From a bacterium (GTDB taxonomy: Bacteria > Patescibacteriota > Dojkabacteria > JAKAPS01 > JAJZLI01), in contig JAKAWT010000001.1 of the NCBI GenBank assembly GCA_021816845.1, forward strand, positions 70,087-134,086: a stretch of 64,000 bases of DNA, read 5' to 3'. The first letter of the stretch is position 1. Each line of letters starts with the position of its first letter. Shown piece by piece: positions 1 to 9,411 of this stretch. The position numbers and the translations under genes were made by a program. A model generated the notes under the pieces. The model did not search any database. It saw nothing but the letters and a program-made list of their open reading frames with translations, and had not been told where the DNA came from.

Positions 1-736
1 TAAGTTTAGAAAAATACAAATCCTCTATTTTACCAAAACCGTCTATTATAGCTATTGTTATAGAGGTAGAGTCAATAAGTTCTTCTAATGACTGATGCTC
101 TTTAACCTCAATACCACAACCTATAATTCCTATAACACCAACAGCCAGAGATTTCTTTATGATTTCTTGTGTTATTATATTGCCTACATATATTATAGAA
201 TCTATACAGGAAGAATTGATACTGTCTAGGTTTAAAATACCATTATTATTAGCTATATATTTTAATCTAGCCTCTATGGTCTTACCAAAAACATATTTTA
301 AATTACATCTTACTACTTCTGTATCTATTATAATTTTCCTACCCTCATCTTCAATACTACTTATTTTCCCATCTACATCAGATCTTAATGTTATATCTTC
401 AGGGTAAGATTTTATAAGAATATGTCCTTTCCCAAGTTCAGATAAATCAACAATACCTTCTACCGGAGATACTAAAATCTTCTTCCTTTTTTTTAACATA
501 ATATCCCCTTTATTAATAATTTGACCATGCACAACATGTAAATATTTTTCTGGTTTTGAAACAAAATCTAATACATTAATTCTATATGCCATCTTAGAAA
601 CGGTACCTCTGGCAAGGATGGTATTATCTTTAATTCTATCTCCAGGAGATACTACAACCTCAGCATTATCCATATTATATCTGGTGTATTTATAACCTTT
701 CTGATATACAAATTTTTTTATGTAAGTTATATCCAT
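1..736 (-). CDS. hypothetical protein, 5'-truncated by window start. Two lipoyl/biotinyl-like hybrid-barrel-looking segments; function unknown.
   Basis: Reverse-strand reading frame is open from the window edge to an ATG at 736-734 (MDITYIKKFVYQKG...). It lies directly downstream of the 741..1880 minus-strand gene. It is not in the ORF track because it runs off the window. Confidence 0.4.
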   Translation of the reverse strand, partial: MDITYIKKFVYQKGYKYTRYNMDNAEVVVSPGDRIKDNTILARGTVSKMAYRINVLDFVSKPEKYLHVVHGQIINKGDIMLKKRKKILVSPVEGIVDLSELGKGHILIKSYPEDITLRSDVDGKISSIEDEGRKIIIDTEVVRCNLKYVFGKTIEARLKYIANNNGILNLDSINSSCIDSIIYVGNIITQEIIKKSLAVGVIGIIGCGIEVKEHQSLEELIDSTSITIAIIDGFGKIEDLYFSKL

Positions 737-740
737 TATT

Positions 741-1880
741 TTAAAAACTAAAAGGTTCTAAATTTTCAACCCATTTTTTTATATTACCTATATCTATTTT
801 ATCATCGCTTCTAGTATCAATAACTATATTGTTTCTAGATACTAATTCAACTTCATCCCTTTTTGCTCCTATAAATGAATTTTTAGGCAACTTTATGGTA
901 ATATGAGCCCTACCAAATACAGGAATATTCGTAATATTTTCTCTTTCAACAACTATTTCCCTTATACTCTCATCATCTACTATTTTAACCGGTATTACAG
1001 ATTTCAAAGATGCTCCATGATCAAATCCTACTGTAAAAATATCTACTAAATGAGATATATGTTCAAGCATATCATCAGTACCTTCAACGGAAATTAATGA
1101 AAAAATATTGTCGTCATCTATATACAGACTTGCTGCACCATATAACTCAACTCCATAAAGTAGTGATAGAATGGCCTGGTACTGATGAGGGGCAGACATA
1201 AATTGATATAAATCACCCGTTAAAACTATAATAGGGGTATTCCCATTGTCTTCAAGTGATATGTTTTTTATGAAATTTTTTAAAAGTATGGATATGATTG
1301 GTAGTGCTATATATTCTTTCCTTGTTTGAGGGAATTTTGATATTGCATTAAAAATACTTGTTTTTTTTAATTTGTTTTGTACGAGTGCAAAATCAGAGAT
1401 ATCTTTCATCTTAAAAATATCATCATATGAGTGTTCTATTTCTTGATTCAGTAATTTCTGATCTTGAGATGATGATATGAAAATACCATTTCTAGAAACA
1501 TTAATTACATAGCAAGTCACGTTATTAAATTTTTTTGCAAAATCTTTTGCAATATTGTTAAAATACTCTTGATTTGTTATATAAACTTTATTGGTCACCT
1601 TAAGAAAATCTTTCCTAAATATCCCATATGAAGTATAAATTTCAACATTTAGATTTTCATTGATATTAGAATATGTATATAGATCATTAGAAAGAGAAGA
1701 TATAAAATCACTTATATATTCTGCTCTTTTAAATAGTGGGTTAAAAAATTCTTGAGGAATAGAAAGTTGCTTATTATGAACCATTTTACCATTTTGGTAT
1801 AAGAATCCTTTTACAAAATAGCTATCAAAAACTATTAGTAGTGTCTCATCTTCATGTATGTCTTCCGCAAATATATTCAT
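741..1880 (-). CDS. hypothetical protein, possibly an actin-like ATPase (FtsA/PilM-like) fold. Weak call.
   Basis: 379-aa ORF with good coding texture. Glycine/aspartate phosphate-loop-like segments (LIVFDSYFVKG, IIVLTGDLYQ) are reminiscent of the ASKHA/actin fold. No strong family signature recognised. Confidence 0.35.
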   Translation of the reverse strand: MNIFAEDIHEDETLLIVFDSYFVKGFLYQNGKMVHNKQLSIPQEFFNPLFKRAEYISDFISSLSNDLYTYSNINENLNVEIYTSYGIFRKDFLKVTNKVYITNQEYFNNIAKDFAKKFNNVTCYVINVSRNGIFISSSQDQKLLNQEIEHSYDDIFKMKDISDFALVQNKLKKTSIFNAISKFPQTRKEYIALPIISILLKNFIKNISLEDNGNTPIIVLTGDLYQFMSAPHQYQAILSLLYGVELYGAASLYIDDDNIFSLISVEGTDDMLEHISHLVDIFTVGFDHGASLKSVIPVKIVDDESIREIVVERENITNIPVFGRAHITIKLPKNSFIGAKRDEVELVSRNNIVIDTRSDDKIDIGNIKKWVENLEPFSF

Positions 1881-1898
1881 TAAGGCAGAGAAGGGTTT

Positions 1899-2159
1899 TT
1901 AATCCTTTATAAAATAAGGCAGAATAGACATCTGTCTTGCTCTTTTTATTGATCTAGTAATATTTTTTTGATGTCTATTACAATTTCCAGTCCTGAATCT
2001 TGAAATAATTTTACCTTTCCTAGATATAAACTTTTTTAATCTATAGGAATCAGTATAAGATATCTCCCCAACTCCATTCTGACATAAAGCACAAACTGTT
2101 TGTCTTTTTAAAACTTTTTTCTTTTTTCCTTTTTTAGAAGATGTATTTTGAAAAGCCAT
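1899..2159 (-). CDS. rpsR: 30S ribosomal protein S18
   Basis: The segment ...YRLKKFISRKGKIISRFRTGNCNRHQKNITRSIKRARQMSILPY matches the conserved S18 core. Sits in a classic rpsF-ssb-rpsR arrangement. Confidence 0.85.
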   Translation of the reverse strand: MAFQNTSSKKGKKKKVLKRQTVCALCQNGVGEISYTDSYRLKKFISRKGKIISRFRTGNCNRHQKNITRSIKRARQMSILPYFIKD

Positions 2160-2162
2160 TGT

Positions 2163-2633
2163 TTAAAAAGGTAAATCATCTATAGAATTAATATCTTCTT
2201 CTGGAGCTGGGCTGTCCTTCACAGCCTCTTCAACAACAGGAAGTTCCGGTTTACTATCAGCAGAAATATCAGCATTAACTGATGAATCTCTTGATAAAGG
2301 TGATAAAACTTTCATATCCTCTATTCTTATCTCTGTTTTAGTATGTTTTGTCCCATCATCTTTATTCTCCCAAGATCTTGTTCTTATTTCGCCTTCAACA
2401 TAAACTTTCATACCCATCTTTAATATTTGAGCACATATCTCAGCAAGCTTATTCCATGCTACTATATTGTGAAATTCTGCGATCTCTTGAACATTCCCAT
2501 CAGAGTCCTTCCAAGTACTATTCGTAGCTATTGAAAAAGAACATACTGAATTTCCTTTTGGAGTAGATCTCAACTCAGGATCTCTCGTTAGATTACCAAT
2601 TAATAAAACTTTATTTAATGAACGTGATGCCAT
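2163..2633 (-). CDS. ssb: single-stranded DNA-binding protein
   Basis: OB-fold SSB N-terminal domain (MASRSLNKVLLIGNLTRDPELR...). Acidic C-terminal tail ends in DDLPF, the SSB interaction tip. Located between rpsF and rpsR. Confidence 0.9.
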   Translation of the reverse strand: MASRSLNKVLLIGNLTRDPELRSTPKGNSVCSFSIATNSTWKDSDGNVQEIAEFHNIVAWNKLAEICAQILKMGMKVYVEGEIRTRSWENKDDGTKHTKTEIRIEDMKVLSPLSRDSSVNADISADSKPELPVVEEAVKDSPAPEEDINSIDDLPF

Positions 2634-2654
2634 AATATTTTATACTAAAATAAA

Positions 2655-2990
2655 TTAACTATTCAATTTTTGTTGAGGATCACTAAATTCTACAACTTTG
2701 AATATACCTTGTCGTATAATTTCTCCTATTAGGTAGAGTGATCTTTGTAATTTTGAAATATTTGTCCCTCTAAAATCTTTCCCTTGCTCTAGATTATACA
2801 ATATAAAGTAACCTTCATTGTGCTTTTTTACATCAAAGGCCAAATATCTTTTACCCCAAACATCTTGATTCTTTATATCTAAAGAATTATCTTTAATAAT
2901 ATTTTCTATTTTATTTTGGATGTTTAATCTGACATTCTCGGGAAGAGAAGGCTTAAGTGCTAACATCAACTCATATTTTCTTGTACTCAT
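2655..2990 (-). CDS. rpsF: 30S ribosomal protein S6. Start placed at the internal Met, not the ORF-track Met.
   Basis: MSTRKYELMLALKPSLPENV... matches the S6 N-terminus (M-x-x-YE-x-x-x-x-x-P). The 16 codons upstream in the ORF track are probably not translated. Confidence 0.8.
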   Translation of the reverse strand: MSTRKYELMLALKPSLPENVRLNIQNKIENIIKDNSLDIKNQDVWGKRYLAFDVKKHNEGYFILYNLEQGKDFRGTNISKLQRSLYLIGEIIRQGIFKVVEFSDPQQKLNS

Positions 2991-3108
2991 AAAAAAATAA
3001 CATATTAACTTAGACAAATAGTACCATACAACCACTGTTTTATCAAGGATCTAAATGCTTATGTCTATACAAAGATATCTAATACTAGTAAGACTTAATA
3101 TTTAAATA

Positions 3109-3408
3109 TTAAAATAAGGAAAATAAAACTTTACCTACAATATCTTGTTTCCTTATATATCCAAACTTTCTACTATCTAAGCTGTCATTTAAATTATCTC
3201 CTAGAATATAGTACTCGTTATTTTTAATATCTGATACCCTTTTTAGTATGGGAATATTATTAAATTTATTTGTTTTTACAACAATAATATCTCCTACTTT
3301 TGGATTCGTAAACAAATATTTTATAAAACTCACAAAAACTATGCTACCTTCGGAAATTGTAGGGTACATACTGTCACCTTTAACTTTGAGAAGTTTTATA
3401 AATACCAT
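3109..3408 (-). CDS. sodX: short S26-family signal-peptidase-like protease. Probable NiSOD maturation protease (SodX-like).
   Basis: VKGDSMYPTI...GDIIVV...LKRV...YYILGDNLNDSLDSRKFG carries the S24/S26 catalytic Ser (GDSM) and the SPase I box (GDN..S.DSR..G). It sits immediately downstream of sodN on the same strand, as in Streptomyces sodN-sodX. Function is inferred from context. Confidence 0.5.
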   Translation of the reverse strand: MVFIKLLKVKGDSMYPTISEGSIVFVSFIKYLFTNPKVGDIIVVKTNKFNNIPILKRVSDIKNNEYYILGDNLNDSLDSRKFGYIRKQDIVGKVLFSLF

Positions 3409-3431
3409 CTATAAATATTGTACTTTAGAAT

Positions 3432-3923
3432 CTAACCTTTAGCCCTAGCTTCTTTTACTTTATTAAAAGATTCTGCAACTTTTGACACTGATTCAACCAA
3501 ATTATTAGCATTTTCTGTACTTACAGTTTGTTTTGCTAAGGATGCAAGCTTGCAAGTATTCCATATTAAATCATGCAAATCTGGAATTGTAGCAAGATCA
3601 GATGCTTTAAAATAATCTGTCCACAATATTAGGACCTCTCTTTTAACCCTTTCTGCATGTTCCTCCTTTACAAGGATCCTTCTTGTAATTGAGTTTTGAA
3701 TTTCAATACTACCACTATTACTTTTATATTCATCCGTATCCTTTATAGTATTTATCTGTTCTACCATTGTGGCTACAGTTTTTGCAGCCATCACTGCATC
3801 AAAAGGATCATAGATCCCACAAGGTACGTCACAATGAGCATACACAAAATCAATACTAATGTTTCTTTTTATAAAATTAATGATACCGAATTTAGATAAT
3901 TTGTTTCTTGATACTTTATACAT
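3432..3923 (-). CDS. sodN: nickel-containing superoxide dismutase (NiSOD) precursor
   Basis: The N-terminal pro-peptide is followed by HCDVPCGIYDP, the Ni-hook motif (HCDLPCGVYDP in Streptomyces). Size of ~130 aa after processing fits a NiSOD 4-helix bundle. Confidence 0.85.
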   Translation of the reverse strand: MYKVSRNKLSKFGIINFIKRNISIDFVYAHCDVPCGIYDPFDAVMAAKTVATMVEQINTIKDTDEYKSNSGSIEIQNSITRRILVKEEHAERVKREVLILWTDYFKASDLATIPDLHDLIWNTCKLASLAKQTVSTENANNLVESVSKVAESFNKVKEARAKG

Positions 3924-3970
3924 AATTATAAATATAATATACTAGTTTAATATTATAAAATGAATACTAT

Positions 3971-4534
3971 ATGAATATCAACACCATATTGTTTTATAGG
4001 ATTAACTCAATTATAGCTATTCACTATTTTAATATATTTTTCATCCTCTTTTCTGAGTATTTCATATATATCTTTATAATTTCAACAATATTAATTTTTT
4101 TTATCAAGAATAGAGTAAGTACAAAGCAGAGTAATCAAAATATTATTATATTATCATTATTATCTGCAATATTTGGAGTTATAATAAATGTAATCACTAA
4201 AATTTTTTATTTTGACAATACACCTTATAATATTTTGCCAGGCATAAATAAAATAATACAACTGCCATATTTTAGTATATTATTCTCAAATTCACTTGTT
4301 ATATTAACAGCAATTACAGGCATTATTTATCTATATAACAAAAAGCTTAGTTATTTTTATATTGGAGGGTTAATACTTATTGGGTTTTCAAAAATAGCTA
4401 TAGGACAATATTTTCCAATATACGTAATACAGAGTTATATAATAGGTATTATATCTGCTATTATAATCTATAAATGCCAACATCTATTCTATTTAATATT
4501 TAAGAATATTCAAGCTCTGATCAGTAATAAATAA
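3971..4534 (+). CDS. hypothetical polytopic membrane protein
   Basis: 187-aa highly hydrophobic ORF with several predicted TM segments and no recognisable motif. Its 3' end overlaps the RNase P RNA gene on the opposite strand, so the exact stop or the reality of the C-terminus is uncertain. Confidence 0.4.
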   Translation: MNINTILFYRINSIIAIHYFNIFFILFSEYFIYIFIISTILIFFIKNRVSTKQSNQNIIILSLLSAIFGVIINVITKIFYFDNTPYNILPGINKIIQLPYFSILFSNSLVILTAITGIIYLYNKKLSYFYIGGLILIGFSKIAIGQYFPIYVIQSYIIGIISAIIIYKCQHLFYLIFKNIQALISNK

Positions 4535-4890
4535 GCCGGATTCTGTTTATGTGTTCATCTATCTTGAGACAATATTTCTACTATCTTCCTTGCGTCTTAT
4601 TTTGACTTGCTGGAGATGGAGGTTACAATGCCTTGATGAATCACTTCTCAAGCGGTAGTCTCTTACACTGCCATTTCACCCTTATCCAAAAGATCTAAAT
4701 TCTAGGATCAAGATCCTAAGATCAAAATATTTAGGACGGTATATTTTCTGTTGCCCTTATTCTAAAGATCTCTCCTTACTATATGTTAAATAGCATCTAC
4801 TTCATTGCCTTCCGACAATGCCAGTCCAGACTTTCCTCACACATAGGTTCTTACACTTATGTGCGCGAACACTTATATTACTGATCAGAT
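4516..4890 (-). ncRNA. rnpB: RNase P RNA (bacterial type A-like)
   Basis: The minus strand contains GGAAAGUCUGGAC (P4 5' strand, plus 4823-4835), AAGGGUGAAAUGGCAGUGUAAGAGACUACCGC (the conserved P10/11-P12 region, plus 4648-4679) and ACAGAAUCCGGCUUA (P4 3' strand, plus 4533-4547). Terminal P1 pairing is CUGAUCAGUAAU/AUUACUGAUCAG (plus 4877-4889 with 4516-4528). Local GC is higher than the surrounding DNA. The ends are approximate. Confidence 0.8.
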
Positions 4891-4916
4891 AGAGATATTA
4901 TACCATATAATAGATC

Positions 4917-5132
4917 CTACTTTATAGAAAATGCAGTTCTTAAAGATTGATCAAATGGTAGTGTTCCTATATATATAGATATAATAAATAATATTACGAT
5001 GACAACAACTATAAATATTAGGCTCCATATCAATCTACGTGCAATTGGTTGATAATCATTATCTATAACATTACCTTTATCACGTGCTTTCAAAACTTCA
5101 ATCTCATATTTTAAACTTTTTTTTGATGCCAT
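4917..5132 (-). CDS. small hypothetical membrane protein (single TM)
   Basis: 71-aa ORF with a charged N-terminus and one strong TM helix (LIWSLIFIVVVIVILFIISIYIG). No homology recognised. Confidence 0.35.
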   Translation of the reverse strand: MASKKSLKYEIEVLKARDKGNVIDNDYQPIARRLIWSLIFIVVVIVILFIISIYIGTLPFDQSLRTAFSIK

Positions 5133-5227
5133 AATTCCAATATTGTCAACTATATATAAATGTATTATACTAAATTTTGTAATGTAATTACATATTAGTG
5201 TTTTGATATTAAGAACATATTTTAATT

Positions 5228-6496
5228 ATGCAGGAGATAAATTTCGACTCTCAAAGTTTAATAGAAAATGATATAGAAAATCCTAATCCTAAAAAGCATA
5301 AACATTTTAAAAGGATTAGAAATTGGTATACAAATTTGAGTCAAAATCAAAGATATGTTTTTTGGATATCTGTAATAGTAATATTAATCATAATTTTGGG
5401 TACCACATCAATTTTAGTAATTTTATTCCGACCGAATCAACAAATACCAAAGGTTCAGGCATCTAGCACAAGTAAACCTGTAAAAAAAGTCATTGCAAAA
5501 GTAGCTCCAAAGTATGTAGACCCGCTAGATGGAACTTACGTAACATCTAAAAGTATTTTAAATAGGCCTCCCCTTGCTGTTATGGTAGAAAATTCTACAT
5601 CTGCAAGACCACAATCTGGGTTAAATAGTGCAGATTTAGTTTATGAAGCCCAAGTAGAGGGAGCAATTACAAGATTTATGGCTGTTTATTTAAAAAACTC
5701 TCCAACATCAATAGGCCCTATAAGGAGTGCTAGATTATATTATATCTCTTGGGCTCAAGGACTTGGGGCTATATATACTCATTGGGGTGGAAATATATAT
5801 GCTTTAGAAAAATTACAAAGCCAAAACATTCCTAATCTGAACGGTATTACAACCCCATCAAGTAATAACACTTGTCCAACGTCTGCATCAATAACTTACA
5901 CATTTTGTAGATCATTACAAAGATATGCTCCACATAATGCTTATGGGAATGCTTTAGGATTATGGAATCTTGCAAAAAGTGATGGATTTTTTTCTCAATT
6001 AACTTTAGGTAAGAATGAAACACCTTATCAGTTTGCATCTACACCTAAAACTTCATCCTTAGGTGCTAATGGATCTTCAATAAGCATATTTTTTGATCAA
6101 GGAGTCATTCCATATGATGTACAATGGGTATATGATCAATCTAATAATGATTACATCAGATATAATGGGGGAACACTTCAGTATGATGCAAATACTAACC
6201 AATCTTTAACCGCAAAAAATGTAGTAGTTTTATATATGAATGGTTACACTGAAAGTTATCCTGGCGAAGGGACTACGGAAGCAGCAGCACCTATATGGAT
6301 AATGCAAACAGTAGGATCTGGTAATGCATATATCTTCAATAATGGACATGAGACCAAAGCTACTTGGACCAAAACAAGCAATACTTCTAGAATGCAATTT
6401 AAAGACTTAAATGGTAACCCTATTACATTCCAAAGAGGAGAAATTTGGTTTGAAATATTACAACCACAAACTGGCTCTTTTACTTATACTCCATAA
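5228..6496 (+). CDS. DUF3048 (YerB-like) domain membrane-anchored protein
   Basis: N-terminal TM segment, then PLAVMVENSTSARPQSGL..ADLVYEAQVEGAITRFMAVY and a later GGT..YD..TNQ region typical of DUF3048 N- and C-terminal domains. Confidence 0.6.
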   Translation: MQEINFDSQSLIENDIENPNPKKHKHFKRIRNWYTNLSQNQRYVFWISVIVILIIILGTTSILVILFRPNQQIPKVQASSTSKPVKKVIAKVAPKYVDPLDGTYVTSKSILNRPPLAVMVENSTSARPQSGLNSADLVYEAQVEGAITRFMAVYLKNSPTSIGPIRSARLYYISWAQGLGAIYTHWGGNIYALEKLQSQNIPNLNGITTPSSNNTCPTSASITYTFCRSLQRYAPHNAYGNALGLWNLAKSDGFFSQLTLGKNETPYQFASTPKTSSLGANGSSISIFFDQGVIPYDVQWVYDQSNNDYIRYNGGTLQYDANTNQSLTAKNVVVLYMNGYTESYPGEGTTEAAAPIWIMQTVGSGNAYIFNNGHETKATWTKTSNTSRMQFKDLNGNPITFQRGEIWFEILQPQTGSFTYTP

Positions 6497-6500
6497 ATAT

Positions 6501-7079
6501 ATGATTGATGTATTCTTTGTTTCTAAAGTTAGAGTAAAAATTATTAAATTGTTTATGTTACATACATCTTCTTCATATCATGTAAGAGCAATAGTAAGAG
6601 AAATTGATGAAGAAATTAATGCTGTAAGAAGAATTCTACAAGAGCTTGAAGAAGTTAAAATGCTTACAAGTGAAAAAAATGGAAATAGATTATACTACAC
6701 TTTAAATAAAGATTTCATATTTTTTGATGAACTTTTATCAATGGTCAATAAGGAATTTGGAATTGGAGGAAAAATAATAAAACACAGAGTAAAAATAGGT
6801 AATATAAAAATGGCAATATTATCAAATTCATATATACAAGATAGAAAGAAAAGTGAAACTGATATTGATCTTCTAATAGTAGGATCACAGATAGACAATG
6901 TATATCTAGATAAAATTATAAAGGATTCAGAATTAAAATTAAAAAGAGAGATTAATTATACTTACCTATCCTCTCTCGAGTTTGAATCAATAAAAAGATC
7001 AAGAGAAGATTTTTTAATGGAAATAATAAACAACAAAAAATTAATGCTTATAGGAGATGAATTAGACCTATATAAATAA
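6501..7079 (+). CDS. hypothetical protein with a winged-helix-like region and a nucleotidyltransferase-like (DIDLLIVG) region. Start placed at the first Met after the upstream gene.
   Basis: The ORF-track version overlaps the preceding gene by 86 nt; the Met at 6501 removes the overlap. The segment HVRAIVREIDEEINAVRRILQELEEVKMLTSEKNGNRLYYTLN resembles a wHTH recognition unit. Weak call. Confidence 0.35.
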   Translation: MIDVFFVSKVRVKIIKLFMLHTSSSYHVRAIVREIDEEINAVRRILQELEEVKMLTSEKNGNRLYYTLNKDFIFFDELLSMVNKEFGIGGKIIKHRVKIGNIKMAILSNSYIQDRKKSETDIDLLIVGSQIDNVYLDKIIKDSELKLKREINYTYLSSLEFESIKRSREDFLMEIINNKKLMLIGDELDLYK

Positions 7080-7134
7080 ATATAAATGTCCCCTTCAAAT
7101 TGCACAAATAGGAAAAATAGATTAAAATCAACCT

Positions 7135-8526
7135 ATGTTAAAATTGAATAGGCTTAGAACAAATAAATTAAAAATAAATAAATCTAGAAGGTTTGTTATA
7201 TTAACAATATTCCTTTTCATATTTCTACTTGCAATAGATATCCCTACAATTAATATTAATTTAAAACCTATTGGTATAGATTATAAAACTACTATAAATC
7301 ATCTTACTCTAAACCTAAATATATTTGGTATACATTATACAAATACTTTGAATCCAAGTTTAGGACTAGATTTAAAAGGAGGATCACAACTAGTATTACT
7401 TGCTGACACTTCAAAAATTCCAAGTAGTCAGGTTTCATCTGCAATGCAAGCAGCAAGAAATATAATATCTCAAAGAGTAAATTTATATGGAGTTGCTAAC
7501 GCACAGGTGTATACAGAAACGTATGGAAAACAACAGAGAATTGTTGTTGACCTTGCGGGAGTAAAAAATTTGAAAGAGGCAAAAAAACTTGTTGGAGAAA
7601 CAGCAAAATTAGAGTTTTTAACCCTAAACAAAAATGCTAATTTATCAGCTGTTACAACACCAAATATCCCTATATCAGATTTTTCAAAAAAGACAAATCT
7701 TACTGGAGCAGATCTTCAAAGTGCATCAATAACTTATCAGCAAGGATCTACATCCCCTAGTATACAATTAAATTTTAAACCAGAAGGTCTTACTAAATTT
7801 TCAAATCTTGCAAAAGCAAATGTTGGAAAACCTATTGGTATAGCTTTAGACGGGAAAATTATTGAGAACCCTATAATTAATAAGAATCTTGCTAATGGAA
7901 CTGTATCTTCCCCAATAATAACTGGTAATTTCTCTTTGAACACTGCACAAACATTTGTAGACCAGCTCAATGCAGGAGCATTACCTGTACCAGTAAAATT
8001 AATCGAAGAGAATACTGTAACTGCTACACTAGGTTCGGCATCAATAAAAGCAAGTATATATGCAGGTATACTTGGAGTTCTAATAATACTTCTTTTTATG
8101 GTATGGAATTATGGATATTTAGGACTTGTAGCAGATTTTGCACTTTTGATATATGCACTACTCGCTTTTGCAATATTTAAATTAATTCCAATAACTCTTA
8201 CCCTGGAGGGAATTGCAGGATTCATATTATCCATAGGTATGGCTGTTGATGCTAACATACTAATATTTGAAAGAATGAGAGAAGAAAAGAAGGATGGAAG
8301 GTCAAGAAAATCAGTTATTAACCTTGGATTTAGACGTGCTTGGAATTCTATAAGAGATTCTAATGTATCCACACTTATAACAACATTAGTTTTATATATA
8401 CTTGGAACGAGTCAGATACGTGGATTTGCTATAACTTTGGCTATAGGTGTTATGGTAAGTCTTTTTACAGCAGTAGTAGTCACAAGACATCTATTACAGA
8501 TACTTTATGTTGATAAACAAACATGA
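7135..8526 (+). CDS. secD: protein translocase subunit SecD
   Basis: GLDLKGGSQLVLLAD matches the SecD signature (GLDLRGG). A large periplasmic-type domain is followed by 6 C-terminal TM segments. The downstream gene overlaps by 4 nt and is SecF. Confidence 0.85.
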   Translation: MLKLNRLRTNKLKINKSRRFVILTIFLFIFLLAIDIPTININLKPIGIDYKTTINHLTLNLNIFGIHYTNTLNPSLGLDLKGGSQLVLLADTSKIPSSQVSSAMQAARNIISQRVNLYGVANAQVYTETYGKQQRIVVDLAGVKNLKEAKKLVGETAKLEFLTLNKNANLSAVTTPNIPISDFSKKTNLTGADLQSASITYQQGSTSPSIQLNFKPEGLTKFSNLAKANVGKPIGIALDGKIIENPIINKNLANGTVSSPIITGNFSLNTAQTFVDQLNAGALPVPVKLIEENTVTATLGSASIKASIYAGILGVLIILLFMVWNYGYLGLVADFALLIYALLAFAIFKLIPITLTLEGIAGFILSIGMAVDANILIFERMREEKKDGRSRKSVINLGFRRAWNSIRDSNVSTLITTLVLYILGTSQIRGFAITLAIGVMVSLFTAVVVTRHLLQILYVDKQT

Positions 8527-9407
8527 ACCTAAATATAGTTAAATACAAATATGTCTACCTAATAATCTCAGGATCACTGATGCTTATTGCGATAATATCG
8601 TTACTGATATGGGGACTACAATTTGGTATAGATTTTACTGGTGGAACTGATCTTATATATAAGACAACTGGAACTGAAGCTTCTCTTGTATCTAACTACC
8701 TATCTACAAACTATAAGGGTAGCAGTATAACTAATATAGCCACTGGTACATATCAAGTACAAACAGAACCGTTGTCAGAGAAAACAATTACAGCCTTAGA
8801 ATCTACTCTTACCAAAAATTTTAAATTAAAAAAACCTGAACAGGTAACGACAATAGGACCAAGTATAGGGGTTGAATTACAACATGTTGCTATATATTCA
8901 GTAATTATGGTTATACTTGGTATTATATTTTATATAACCTACTCGTTTAGAGCTGTTCCAAAGCCAGCAAACTCATTCGCTTTTGGTGGGGCAGCAATTA
9001 TAGCGATGATACATGATGTTTTAATAGTGTTTGGAGCATTTTCTATACTAGGACATTTCTTTAATGCCCCGGTAGATTCACTCTTTGTAACAGCTGTCCT
9101 AACAGTTATGGGATTTTCAGTCCATGACACCATAGTTGTATTTGATAGAATTAGAGAGAATCTCATAAAAAAAAGGTCTAATGATTTTAGCTATGTTATA
9201 AATTTCTCACTCATGCAAACATTAAACAGATCACTAAATACATCGTTTACAGTCATACTTGTACTTGTGGCACTATTCCTTGTTGGAGGTATTACAATAA
9301 GATGGTTTGTCATAGCCCTACTTATAGGCGTAACTGCAGGAACATATTCGAGTATATTTGTTGCAAGTCAACTACTTGTTATCTATGCAGAACACAAAAA
9401 ACTATAA
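8523..9407 (+). CDS. secF: protein translocase subunit SecF
   Basis: GIDFTGGT signature and a six-TM C-terminal domain. Translationally coupled to secD (ATGA overlap). Confidence 0.85.
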   Translation: MNLNIVKYKYVYLIISGSLMLIAIISLLIWGLQFGIDFTGGTDLIYKTTGTEASLVSNYLSTNYKGSSITNIATGTYQVQTEPLSEKTITALESTLTKNFKLKKPEQVTTIGPSIGVELQHVAIYSVIMVILGIIFYITYSFRAVPKPANSFAFGGAAIIAMIHDVLIVFGAFSILGHFFNAPVDSLFVTAVLTVMGFSVHDTIVVFDRIRENLIKKRSNDFSYVINFSLMQTLNRSLNTSFTVILVLVALFLVGGITIRWFVIALLIGVTAGTYSSIFVASQLLVIYAEHKKL

Positions 9408-9411
9408 AGTA

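Noticed and set aside
159-407. 82-aa plus-strand ORF at the window start
   Set aside because: It lies antisense within a longer, edge-truncated minus-strand reading frame (1..736) that has a proper ATG and operon context with the downstream gene. The composition is low-complexity I/L/S-rich.
3040-3108. Checked for CRISPR arrays, rRNA genes, IS elements or integrases anywhere in the window
   Set aside because: No arrays of regularly spaced direct repeats, no rRNA-like conserved stretches and no transposase or integrase motifs (DDE, tyrosine recombinase R..HxxR..Y) were seen in any ORF translation. The only notable repeats are the intragenic paralog repeat and the short GGATC palindromes.
3109-3408. 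Alternative reading of the mini S26 peptidase as a SipW-type signal peptidase dedicated to the family-A/TasA-like fibre proteins
   Set aside because: It is 30 kb away from the surface-protein cluster and directly adjacent to sodN, whose product needs exactly this kind of processing. The SodX interpretation is more parsimonious, though a dual role cannot be excluded.
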